Assembly (NCBI GenBank): GCA_043797665.1
Contig: JAZDPL010000039.1
Span: 1 to 58,226 of the forward strand
From: Candidatus Omnitrophota bacterium
GTDB lineage: Bacteria > Ratteibacteria > UBA8468 > MWAK01
Direction: 5' to 3'
DNA length: 58,226 bases
This document shows positions 47,619 through 56,113 of this stretch, one piece after another. The translations under genes and the position numbers were made by a program. The notes beneath the pieces were generated by a model. It did not search any database. It was not told the DNA's origin and worked only from the letters and a program-made list of their open reading frames with translations. Each line of letters starts with the position of its first letter. Position 1 is the first letter of the stretch.

Positions 47619-47918
47619 ATGACAATCGACGAAATACAACAAGTTTTTGTAGAAAAACGGTTTCGTTATACCAAACATGGTCTTGAACAGAGAATTAATA
47701 GAAACGTAGGTTCGGAAGAAATTGAACAGGTGATACTTAGTGGGGAGATAATAGAAAATTATCCTTCGGACAAATATGGACCAAGTTGCCTTGTGTATGG
47801 AAAGACAAAAGAAGGGAGACCATTGCATATCCAGATTGCATTTTTCCCGATGATAAGCATTGTAACCGTATACGAACCTAATCCGGAGGAATGGATTGAT
47901 AATAGGTTAAGGAGGTAA
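47619..47918 (+). CDS. DUF4258-family putative toxin
   Basis: TKHG..R..R, GEIIENYP.DKYGPSCLVYG, RPLH, IVTVYEP..W. Confidence 0.8.
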   Translation: MTIDEIQQVFVEKRFRYTKHGLEQRINRNVGSEEIEQVILSGEIIENYPSDKYGPSCLVYGKTKEGRPLHIQIAFFPMISIVTVYEPNPEEWIDNRLRR

Positions 47919-47924
47919 AGAATT

Positions 47925-48149
47925 ATGGGTAAATGTTCTGTTTGTCATAATGGCACCATCTCTAAGATTATTACGTATAGCCAGTGGTTTAAAGAGAAAT
48001 TGGTTGCTGTAGAAAATGTACCCGCTGAAATTTGCCCTGTTTGCGGTGAAGAATATTTTTCTCCCAGCGTTGCCGATAAAATTCAGAAAGCAATTGAATC
48101 ATACCGCACCTGTAAAACTTTAGAAGTACCGGTTTACCATTTTGCCTAA
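47925..48149 (+). CDS. YgiT-type zinc-finger protein (MqsA-like antitoxin)
   Basis: CSVC...VENVPAEICPVCGEEYF. Confidence 0.82.
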   Translation: MGKCSVCHNGTISKIITYSQWFKEKLVAVENVPAEICPVCGEEYFSPSVADKIQKAIESYRTCKTLEVPVYHFA

Positions 48150-48162
48150 TCGGCTTCTACCA

Positions 48163-48238
48163 TAGAAGGCAAGGAATATCCGGTTGCGGACGGTGACCTC
48201 CTCCAGTTCCGTTTCTCTCCTTAGTTAGTCCCCTATTT
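48163..48238 (+). repeat. Direct repeat, copy 2 (duplicated ychF 3' end)
   Basis: TAGAAGGCAAGGAATATCCGGTTGCGGACGGTGACCTCCTCCAG...TTAGTCCCCTATTT. Confidence 0.9.
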
Positions 48239-48407
48239 ATAAATCAAAGGGTATTTTTCTGGATTCTCAAGTAAATCTATCTCTAAATCAATGTCCAAAT
48301 CTGGCCAAGAAAAATTCACGACCATTTACATATATCCAGATGCCACGATTAGAAATATTCTGCACCTCAACTTCTGAAATGTTCTTTCCACGCTTTTGTG
48401 ATTTCAT
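48233..48407 (-). pseudogene. DUF2442-family gene remnant with internal deletion
   Basis: MKSQKRGKNISEVEVQNISNRGIWIYVNGREFFL is joined out of frame to WPDLDIDLEIDLLENPEKYPLIYK*. Confidence 0.7.
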
Positions 48408-48417
48408 TTCTGCATGT

Positions 48418-48708
48418 CTATTTTCTATGTTTCCAATACTCCGGGTTCCTATGTAGGTGCATAACAGCGAGGATGAAGATGCCGTCTGATTCAATGCTGT
48501 AAAGCACACCGTAAGGGAACCGGCTGGTCAGGCAACGGCGAACGTCATCCTCAAGTACGGACCAGGCGACAGGATGCGAAACAATACTTTTTATCGTGAA
48601 ATAGACCTCCAGTGCAAAATCATCGCCGAGACCATGTTCGCACTCTTCGTAATATCGAATTGCCTCGTTCAATTCCGTTTCAGCTTCCGGATGGAAGGAG
48701 AAAGTCAT
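48418..48708 (-). CDS. RelE/ParE-family toxin
   Basis: FHPEAE.EL..A..YYE...GLG, RRCLT.RFPYGVLY, ILAVMHLHR.P.YW. Confidence 0.88.
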   Translation of the reverse strand: MTFSFHPEAETELNEAIRYYEECEHGLGDDFALEVYFTIKSIVSHPVAWSVLEDDVRRCLTSRFPYGVLYSIESDGIFILAVMHLHRNPEYWKHRK

Positions 48709-48935
48709 CAACCTAATCTTTCCTTGATGCGCGAGAAAACTTCATCACCGGGAACGGCTCGAACACGACCTGAACGCAACTCTGCCAGACGACGCTTGGC
48801 TACAGCAACCCACTGCCGGTCAATTTCGGTGTCGGTTACATTCAGAGAGCGAAGAAGTGAGTCAACCACAATCACTCGTTCCTCGACTGGGAGTGATGTC
48901 GCTTCCTGTATGATTTCTTTTGTTCCGTGCATCAT
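48708..48935 (-). CDS. Putative addiction-module antitoxin (TIGR02574-like)
   Basis: EATSLPVEER..VVDSLLRSL...IDRQW...RRL.EL.SG; same family as 7740..7955. Confidence 0.85.
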   Translation of the reverse strand: MMHGTKEIIQEATSLPVEERVIVVDSLLRSLNVTDTEIDRQWVAVAKRRLAELRSGRVRAVPGDEVFSRIKERLG

Positions 48936-49281
48936 ATACCTCCGTTTGAATAATCAAACATTATCACGCGTTCATATGTAAATATTCAGCAATCTCCTCT
49001 AGGTAAATATCCAACTACACCGTTGAAATATATTCTACCCTTTCCCCGTCATTATCGTCAAATTTAATTTCCACGGAAATACTAAGGTTTACATAAAACT
49101 ATAAAATTTGTCAAGTATCAGTTGACTTTTACTGAATAATGTGCATAAATTGCTGCCTATTCACCGATTTTGCCGGTCTTCCTGGTTTACAACTTTGATG
49201 GTTATCTTGAATTATATTGTTTGTCAAGGCGTTTGTGTGTTAAAAATGTAAAAAAATCAAGCCGTAATTACCACATTTTCG

Positions 49282-50265
49282 TTAGTATTTCAGGAGGGGG
49301 AGGAGCTTGAGGGCTATCTCGGAGGCGGACACGTTCAGGGCTTTGACAACCGCGGAATCAAAACTCAAGGCGCTGGCTTCGGTCTCAACCTTTGACCGGA
49401 GGATTTCTTTTCCTTCTCTGTTCAGGAGCCGGACGTCTAATTTTGACTTAGCGCCGATCAGACCGGCTTCATTCTTACCCGGTTCCGCGGAGGCTTCTCC
49501 GATAATGTAGTACCAGGCGGTCAGTGCCCTGGGGAATTCCCGGAATTCGTTGGCAAAATAAAATTTGCTGTATGCGCGTAATAAGCCGGTCTCACCGTCA
49601 TTAATCGTAAATTTAGCCGATTCTAAATAATAATGTAAGGTGGATTCTGCAAGGAGCATCAGTGATATCTGGCCGCCTATCTTTTCGGAAATAGCCAGCG
49701 CGACCGGAGGCCGGGGACACTTCTGTAAAAAGGGAAGGATACTGGTCACCATATCGCTGTCCCGCTCGGAAGTCAGTCTTAAGGAATCCCGGTCAAGGAG
49801 GTAACGCACGATTTCCCTCCCCATTTTGTGCAGAATGTCCCTCTTTTCCTGGACAACACATTCCTGGATGAAGACCCGGCTGCGGTTGGTTAAGAGGTCA
49901 AAAGCGGAGATTTCGTACTTTACTCCGTGGTTAGGTTCGGGTTCAGCCCGGCCGGAGATGAGGTACCGGACATCCAATTCGGTGAGGAGGACCGGATAGA
50001 AACTTTCCATAGGGTAATCCGGTCGGGAAGCCTGTTCCGCTTGCAGTACCGGCTCAAACTTGTCCGGCAGAAGGATGGGGTATTTACCGCCGACCGTGTT
50101 TGTTATGTAGTTGGTTGCCTCCTGGCCGAGTTTGGCGTCAGAGGATTCAATCGGGTATAACGCCACCTTCTGTCGTGCCCAGAGGTTATCGGCGAACAGG
50201 AAACAGATTAAAAGTAATAACCAGACAACTGATATTCTCCGCCGCATTTTACGATGCATCCACAA
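49282..50265 (-). CDS. Hypothetical secreted protein
   Basis: Positively charged N-terminus, hydrophobic signal, possible cleavage after LWA; no family recognised. Confidence 0.55.
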   Translation of the reverse strand: MWMHRKMRRRISVVWLLLLICFLFADNLWARQKVALYPIESSDAKLGQEATNYITNTVGGKYPILLPDKFEPVLQAEQASRPDYPMESFYPVLLTELDVRYLISGRAEPEPNHGVKYEISAFDLLTNRSRVFIQECVVQEKRDILHKMGREIVRYLLDRDSLRLTSERDSDMVTSILPFLQKCPRPPVALAISEKIGGQISLMLLAESTLHYYLESAKFTINDGETGLLRAYSKFYFANEFREFPRALTAWYYIIGEASAEPGKNEAGLIGAKSKLDVRLLNREGKEILRSKVETEASALSFDSAVVKALNVSASEIALKLLPLLKY

Positions 50266-50275
50266 ATAAGTAGGG

Positions 50276-50344
50276 CGTCATTCCTGTGGGTAGTAAACAG
50301 GAATCTAAATCCTGGATTCCTGCCTGATGCGTGCAGGAATGACA
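50276..50344. repeat. GTCATTCC-type palindromic doublet
   Basis: CGTCATTCCTGT-9 nt-ACAGGAATC...GGATTCCTGC-9 nt-GCAGGAATGACA. Confidence 0.8.
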
Positions 50345-50351
50345 GCGACGA

Positions 50352-52274
50352 TTACAGCATTTCCTTTATGGTATCGGCAAGACCCTGCTGGTCTAAGCCT
50401 TCTTTCTGGTACAGGGCTTCCGGAGTACCGCTCTGGCCGTAACCCGTAACCCCTAACTTTTTAAACTTAACCGCTACTTCTCTTTCGGCTAAAAAGTTGG
50501 CAACCAGGGACCCCAGACCGGTCCGGATATGATGGTCTTCGTAGGTAATGAGCCGGCCGGTGACCGCCGCTTTCAGGACCGCATCTTTGTCTAATTCCAG
50601 GGGAGTCGCAATGTTGAGGACGCCGACCTGGATGCCGTCCTGGCGTAATCTGTCGCTGACCGTAACCGCATAGGTGGACATCGGTGCACCGATGGTGATT
50701 ACCACGATGTCCTTGCCGTCACGGAGCCAGTCTCCTTTTCCGTATTGGAACCGGTAATTTTCGCCGAAGTAGGGTGTGCCGTCTTCTTTTGTGATGATGG
50801 GGATTTTGGAGCGTCCCATGGTGACCAGAAAGTTTCCGAACTCTTTGGCGATAAACCGGATTACCCTGTCGGTCTGGTTCGGGTCTGCCGGTACGATTAC
50901 CTTAAATCCAAAGAGGTTGGCAAAGATACCGATGTAGTCAATGCACTGGTGGGTTTTTCCGTCTTCACCCACATCTAATCCGCAGTGGGTGCAGATAACC
51001 TTAAGGTTGGTGTGGTTAAGATCGTTGAGCCGATGCTGGTTGTAAGTTTCGTCCACGCCAAAGACGCCGAAGTCGGCAAAGAAGGTAACTACACCGGCTG
51101 CGGAAAGACTGCCGGCGATGGTTGCGGCCGTATGTTCCTGAACCCCGGCCTCAAAGAAGGAGCAGGGTGAGAGTTTCGCAAAATCTTCGGTCCGCACCGA
51201 ACTGGCTAAGTCACAGTCAATGACCGCAATCGGCGTTTTCCCGGAAACGCCGCAGGTATTCCCGGCGATTGATTTTAAGGCTTTTCCGAAGGCGCCCCGG
51301 TTATCCGCCTTATCCGTAGACTGGTAGGTTATCGGCTGACCGGTGTCAACCGCTACCGGATAGGACATATTTCTACGGGGAATAGAAAATGACCAGTTAC
51401 GGCGCATCTGGGAAAGTTTTTCTAAATCGTCCGGAACACATAGTTCTGATAGAGCCTTTTTGCACTCTTCGGGTTTAAGAGTAACACCGTGGTACTGGTA
51501 CTGGTGTTCCATAAAGGAAATGCCTTTGCCCATCACCGTTTCAGCTAAGATAGCGGTTGGCTCTCCGTCGGTGGCCCCTTCCCGGAGCGCCTGGTAGACA
51601 GCCTGATGGTCGTGACCGTCTATCGGGAGAACTTTCCAACCGTCGGCGAGATAATTATCCTTGATGTTCTGGGGCATTACCTCCTCTAATCGTCCGCTGA
51701 TCTGGATGTGGTTGTAGTCTATGATGACCGTGAGGTTGGCCAGGCCGTATTTTTTGGCAAAACGCCTGGCTTCCGCAACCTGACCCTTGGCTTGTTCGCC
51801 GTCACTCATCGCCACAAAGGTGTGGTATTCTTTACCCAGGAGACCGCTGGCTAAAGCGAATCCGCAGCCGGCGGAAAGTCCCTGTCCCAGGTTTCCGCTC
51901 CCCCATTCCAAACCCGGCAGGTCCCGGACAACGTGGCCTTCAAAGGGCGTGTCCATGCTACGGAAACCGCTGACGGCTGCTTCAATGGGGAAGAACCCTA
52001 ACCGTCCTAAAACCGTATAGGCAGCCGGTGAGGTATGTCCGTGGCTGATGACGATTCGGTCCCGGTCCGGATGGTCCGGCTCGGCCGGGCTGATTCCGGC
52101 ATACTTATAAAGAACCAGGTAGATGTCTAACGAAGATATGGAACCGCCGGGATGACCACAGCCGGCTAAGGTGGTCATCTTCAGAATGTCCCCTTTGCAG
52201 AGGGTAGAGAGCCGGGTTAGTGACTTCAGTTCTTCCGGGGAGAGTTTTTCGTTAAGAAATCTTGGAGGCAACAT
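50352..52274 (-). CDS. tkt: Transketolase (single chain)
   Basis: GHPGGS, DRIVISHGH, G.LGQG, SDGEQ.KG, GKG, EAGVQEH, THCG.DVGEDG.THQ, EDH. Confidence 0.88.
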   Translation of the reverse strand: MLPPRFLNEKLSPEELKSLTRLSTLCKGDILKMTTLAGCGHPGGSISSLDIYLVLYKYAGISPAEPDHPDRDRIVISHGHTSPAAYTVLGRLGFFPIEAAVSGFRSMDTPFEGHVVRDLPGLEWGSGNLGQGLSAGCGFALASGLLGKEYHTFVAMSDGEQAKGQVAEARRFAKKYGLANLTVIIDYNHIQISGRLEEVMPQNIKDNYLADGWKVLPIDGHDHQAVYQALREGATDGEPTAILAETVMGKGISFMEHQYQYHGVTLKPEECKKALSELCVPDDLEKLSQMRRNWSFSIPRRNMSYPVAVDTGQPITYQSTDKADNRGAFGKALKSIAGNTCGVSGKTPIAVIDCDLASSVRTEDFAKLSPCSFFEAGVQEHTAATIAGSLSAAGVVTFFADFGVFGVDETYNQHRLNDLNHTNLKVICTHCGLDVGEDGKTHQCIDYIGIFANLFGFKVIVPADPNQTDRVIRFIAKEFGNFLVTMGRSKIPIITKEDGTPYFGENYRFQYGKGDWLRDGKDIVVITIGAPMSTYAVTVSDRLRQDGIQVGVLNIATPLELDKDAVLKAAVTGRLITYEDHHIRTGLGSLVANFLAEREVAVKFKKLGVTGYGQSGTPEALYQKEGLDQQGLADTIKEML

Positions 52275-52288
52275 AATTTATAATGTAT

Positions 52289-52346
52289 GAATTCCCGCTT
52301 ACTACCCCTGCCTACTGCCTGCAGGGGCAGGCACGCGGAAATGACA
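52289..52346. repeat. GTCATTCC-type arm with a nested 27-nt CCTG micro-hairpin
   Basis: Removing 52305-52331 restores (minus strand) TGTCATTTCCGC-GTGTAGTAA-GCGGGAATTC. Confidence 0.75.
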
Positions 52347-52352
52347 CTGGAA

Positions 52353-53141
52353 TTAATGGATGCTCTTTTCAAACCGTCTGGCTTGTTCTTCCGCGTACTT
52401 ATAATAATCCTTCCGCTGGAGACAGGTGGCAGCATCTTCGTCTATAATTACTACCACTTTTGGGTGAATCTGGAGGATGGAGGCGGTAATCAGGCTGGTG
52501 ACCGCGCCTTCAAGCGCCTTGGCTACGATTTCCGCTTTTCCTTTTCCGCTGGCGATAAAGAGTATCTCTTTAGCTTCCATAATCGTTCCGATACCCATGG
52601 TGATGGCGAACCGCGGTACCTCGTTGACGTTCTGGAAGAACCGGCTGTTGTCTTTGATAGTCTGTTCGTCAAGGGTCTTTACCCGGGTACGTGATGCTAA
52701 AGACGAACCGGGTTCGTTAAAGGCGATATGGCCATCCCCGCCGATTCCCACGACCTGCAGGTCGATGCCGCCGACCTTTTCAATCTCATCTTCATACCAT
52801 TGGCAGAACTTCTCCGGATTCGGGGTTAAACCGTCCGGAATATGAACGTTCTCCTTGGGTATATCCACCTGTCTGAAAAGGTGCTGATTCATAAAGTAAT
52901 GGTAACTCTGGGGGTGGTCTGGTTCCAGGCCGATATATTCATCCAGGTTAAAGGTGCGCACCTTGGCGAAAGATAAGCCTTCCTTTTTGTACAGCCGGAC
53001 CAGTTCCTGATATAAGCCAATCGGTGTACTGCCGGTGGCTAACCCTAATACCAAATCAGGTTTTGTTTCCAGTCGGTTTTTTACGACCGCAGCCGCTTCC
53101 TGACTCATCTCAGGGAAGTCTTTGGTGAGAATTATCCTCAT
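52353..53141 (-). CDS. nagB: Glucosamine-6-phosphate deaminase
   Basis: LGLATGSTP, TFNLDEY, GIG.DGHIAFNEPG, AITMGIGTI. Confidence 0.96.
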   Translation of the reverse strand: MRIILTKDFPEMSQEAAAVVKNRLETKPDLVLGLATGSTPIGLYQELVRLYKKEGLSFAKVRTFNLDEYIGLEPDHPQSYHYFMNQHLFRQVDIPKENVHIPDGLTPNPEKFCQWYEDEIEKVGGIDLQVVGIGGDGHIAFNEPGSSLASRTRVKTLDEQTIKDNSRFFQNVNEVPRFAITMGIGTIMEAKEILFIASGKGKAEIVAKALEGAVTSLITASILQIHPKVVVIIDEDAATCLQRKDYYKYAEEQARRFEKSIH

Positions 53142-54511
53142 TCCTTCTCCTTTACCTTCTTTTCCGGTTTTTCTTCGGTTTCCTTTTCAACCTTCTCTTC
53201 GGATTTTTCGGGCGGTGGCAGAATCTGCTTCCGGCCCAACGAAATACGCCTCTTCTCCGGGTCGAGATTTAAGACCACCACCTCTATTTTGTCCCCTTTC
53301 TTCAGGATATCGGAGGGGTGTTTTACCTTTTCCCAGGCAAGGTCCTTAACGTGCAAAAGCCCTTCAATCCCTTTTTCAATTTCAATAAAAGCGCCGTAGG
53401 TTGCAAGGCTGTAGACCTTACCTTTAATAACCGTTCCCACCGGATACTTCTCGATCATCCCTTCCCAGGGATTGGGTTCCAGCGCCTTCATACTGAAGGA
53501 TATCTTTTGTTTATCCGGTTCCAGAGCGATTATCTGTGCCTCGACGTTGTCGCCCATGGTCAGGACATCTGAAGGGGACTTAATCTTTGCGGTCCAGGAG
53601 ACCTCTGAGATATGGAGCAGACCTTCCACACCGTCTTCTAACTTAATGAAAGCGCCGTAATCGGTGAGGTTGACCACCTTGCCCTGAATCCGGCTTCCCA
53701 CCGGATACCGTTCTTCAATTTTATCCCAGGGGTTGGAACCTAACTGTTTGATGCCTAAGGAAACCTCTCCTTTCTCCTCGCTTATCTTGAGGATTTTGAC
53801 CTCCACATTATCACCTACCGCAACCACCTGGGAGGGGTGGTTGATCCGGCTCCAGGAGAGGTCGTTAATATGAACCAGACCGGTAATCTCTCCCAGATCA
53901 ACAAAGACACCGTAGTCGGTGATATTACGTACCGTCCCTTGCAGGTTTTGACCTATCTGGAACTTCTCCAGGGCGGCTCTTTTTCGTACTTTTTCTTCTT
54001 CTTCCATAATGTCCCGCCGGGAAACGACGATGTTGTTTTTCATCCGGTCCAACTTAATTACCTTGAACTCAAAGACCTGGTTAAGGAGATTCTTATGGTC
54101 GGTAATGGGCTTCAGGTCAGCCTGGCTGGCCGGTAAGAATGCCGGTATTCCGATATCAACCCGGAAACCGCCTTTAACCGAGGCCAGAATCTTGCCTTTA
54201 ATCCTGGTACCGTTACGGCAGGCGGTCTCAACCCGGTCCCAGTTTAAGACTAAGTCAGCCTTTTCTTTGGAGAGCGGAATAAAACCGCTGTCGTTTGCAT
54301 CAACCTCTTCCAGCATTACCTTAACTTCCTGACCCAGCTCCAAGGCTTCAAAGTCCTTAAATTCGGCTTTGGGAACGCAGCCCTCGGTTTTGTAACCGAT
54401 ATCTACCACAACCTGGCCCTCTTTCAACTCCACAATCCGTCCCGAAATGATGTTGCCGGGCTTAAAAGCATCCATCTGTTTCCATAAATTTTCAAAAACG
54501 TTCTCTGCCAT
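53138..54511 (-). CDS. rpsA: 30S ribosomal protein S1
   Basis: Five S1 repeats (DIGYKTEG; AFLPASQ; YGVFVDLG; YGAFIKLE; YGAFIEIE) and a K/E-rich tail. Confidence 0.92.
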   Translation of the reverse strand: MAENVFENLWKQMDAFKPGNIISGRIVELKEGQVVVDIGYKTEGCVPKAEFKDFEALELGQEVKVMLEEVDANDSGFIPLSKEKADLVLNWDRVETACRNGTRIKGKILASVKGGFRVDIGIPAFLPASQADLKPITDHKNLLNQVFEFKVIKLDRMKNNIVVSRRDIMEEEEKVRKRAALEKFQIGQNLQGTVRNITDYGVFVDLGEITGLVHINDLSWSRINHPSQVVAVGDNVEVKILKISEEKGEVSLGIKQLGSNPWDKIEERYPVGSRIQGKVVNLTDYGAFIKLEDGVEGLLHISEVSWTAKIKSPSDVLTMGDNVEAQIIALEPDKQKISFSMKALEPNPWEGMIEKYPVGTVIKGKVYSLATYGAFIEIEKGIEGLLHVKDLAWEKVKHPSDILKKGDKIEVVVLNLDPEKRRISLGRKQILPPPEKSEEKVEKETEEKPEKKVKEKE

Positions 54512-54547
54512 TCAGTTCACATCCTTTCTTTTTTTGACATTTGAAAT

Positions 54548-54597
54548 GTAGGGGCTCAATTTATTGAGCCCGCGGGTCGGATAAATCCGACCCCTAC
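54548..54597. repeat. GTAG-type REP doublet
   Basis: GTAGGGGCTCAATTTATTGAGCCCGCGGGTCGGATAAATCCGACCCCTAC; supplies the ispH stop. Confidence 0.9.
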
Positions 54598-55439
54598 AAA
54601 CGCTGCAATGTTATCAAGGGCGTTTGTGTTAATCGTTCTTTAACTTCTTCAATTGTTTCCCGGGGTGTTGAGGTTCCGGAAACCAGACCTACCTTAATCT
54701 TTGGGGTACACCACCTCTTTTGGACCTCCTTTTCCCCGCTCACTAAATAGGTTGCCTTCTTTTCCTGGCGCAAGAGGCGGTATAGGTTGGTGGTGTTGGC
54801 GCTTTTCTTAGAACCTACCACCAGTAAAACGTCAACTTTTTTTGCCAGATGCCTGGCGTCTGCCTGGCGTCTCTCCGTAACCCGGCAGACCGTATTAAAA
54901 ATGCGGATTTCTGAGGGCAGCCCTAATTTTAAGAGAGAAAGCACCACCTGACGATACTCTTGCTGGGTACTCGTAGTCTGGCTTACGACCGCAACCTTCT
55001 TTTCTTGCAGCCATTCTGTTCGTACCGGGTAAATAAAGCCCTGCTTTCCGGCGACGCCGGCCAGCGCGGTTACCTCCGGGTGGGCCGGTTTACCCGCGAT
55101 GATGATGGTATATCTTTCTTTCCGTAACTCGGCCACTAAATTCTGGACTCCCTGGACAAAGGGACAGGTGGCATCAATTACCACCCGGCTCTTTTTCTCT
55201 AATTCCTTCCGGACTTCCGGATGAACACCGTGGCTCCGGATAATAACCGGTTCCCCTTTAATTTCAGCGAGGTCACAGACCTTTAAGCCGGATGCGGCTA
55301 ATTTTTCAATGACCCTTTCGTTGTGGATAATCGGTCCTAACGAGACGCAGGTTTTGTATTTCTTTAATGCTTTCTCACCAATGGAGATGGCGCGCTTTAC
55401 GCCAAAACAGAAGCCAATTTCCTGCGCGGTCACTACCAT
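54594..55439 (-). CDS. ispH: 4-hydroxy-3-methylbut-2-enyl diphosphate reductase
   Basis: GFCFGV.RA, IIHN, RSHG, DATCP.V, HPEV, SQTT, NTVC...RQ, S.N, GTSTP. Confidence 0.93.
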   Translation of the reverse strand: MVVTAQEIGFCFGVKRAISIGEKALKKYKTCVSLGPIIHNERVIEKLAASGLKVCDLAEIKGEPVIIRSHGVHPEVRKELEKKSRVVIDATCPFVQGVQNLVAELRKERYTIIIAGKPAHPEVTALAGVAGKQGFIYPVRTEWLQEKKVAVVSQTTSTQQEYRQVVLSLLKLGLPSEIRIFNTVCRVTERRQADARHLAKKVDVLLVVGSKKSANTTNLYRLLRQEKKATYLVSGEKEVQKRWCTPKIKVGLVSGTSTPRETIEEVKERLTQTPLITLQRL

Positions 55440-55444
55440 TAACT

Positions 55445-56029
55445 TTATTGTTCGGCAACCCCTAACTGCCCGATGGCATTCATCACCATTTCGGCGAAGG
55501 ACTGATAATCCCCGCAGAAATATATTGGTTTTCCGTACCGGATTTCTATGCTTACCGGCCGGAACATCCTCGCCCGGAGGGGAAGCGCCTTTTCGGCTCC
55601 TTTTATGAATGCCGGTATCACCGGCACCCCGGTTCCTGCGGCTAAAAGAGATATTCCCGGGCTACCGGGGAGAAGAAATCTTTTGGTGGTATTCCGGGTT
55701 CCTTCCGGAAAGATGACCAGCGGCATACCTTTTTTCAATAACCGCAGCACCGATTTCAGACCAAAGGGGGTTTCCTGACGTACGGGAATTACCCATAAAT
55801 TATTAAGGAAAAATCGGGGTAACGCTCTTCGGTACAGTATCGTCTTGGATATAAATTGTACCTTCCGGTGGATTTTTAGAGCTACCAGGGGTCCGTCAAG
55901 GTAACTGCGGTGGTTAGCCGCTAAGATAAACCCGCCTCGCTTAGGAATATGCGAGGTTCCGGTAACTTTAAGATGAAAAAAGATAAAACTGAAGACGTAT
56001 CCAAATATCTTCAGGAAAGTGTATAGCAT
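55445..56029 (-). CDS. plsC: 1-acyl-sn-glycerol-3-phosphate acyltransferase
   Basis: NHRSYLD (HX4D), IFPEGTR, VPVIP. Confidence 0.88.
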   Translation of the reverse strand: MLYTFLKIFGYVFSFIFFHLKVTGTSHIPKRGGFILAANHRSYLDGPLVALKIHRKVQFISKTILYRRALPRFFLNNLWVIPVRQETPFGLKSVLRLLKKGMPLVIFPEGTRNTTKRFLLPGSPGISLLAAGTGVPVIPAFIKGAEKALPLRARMFRPVSIEIRYGKPIYFCGDYQSFAEMVMNAIGQLGVAEQ

Positions 56030-56113
56030 CTAAGCCGTCAATCTTCTTATTGTAATCGTTTTTGTCATTTCAAGTCAAATCCCTGAAGCAGTAGTCTTCC
56101 ATCGCCTTTAATA

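Noticed and set aside
48940..49280. AT-rich intergenic stretch as an ncRNA or origin
   Set aside because: Only scattered promoter-like hexamers; no convincing stem structure, iterons or DnaA-box cluster seen.
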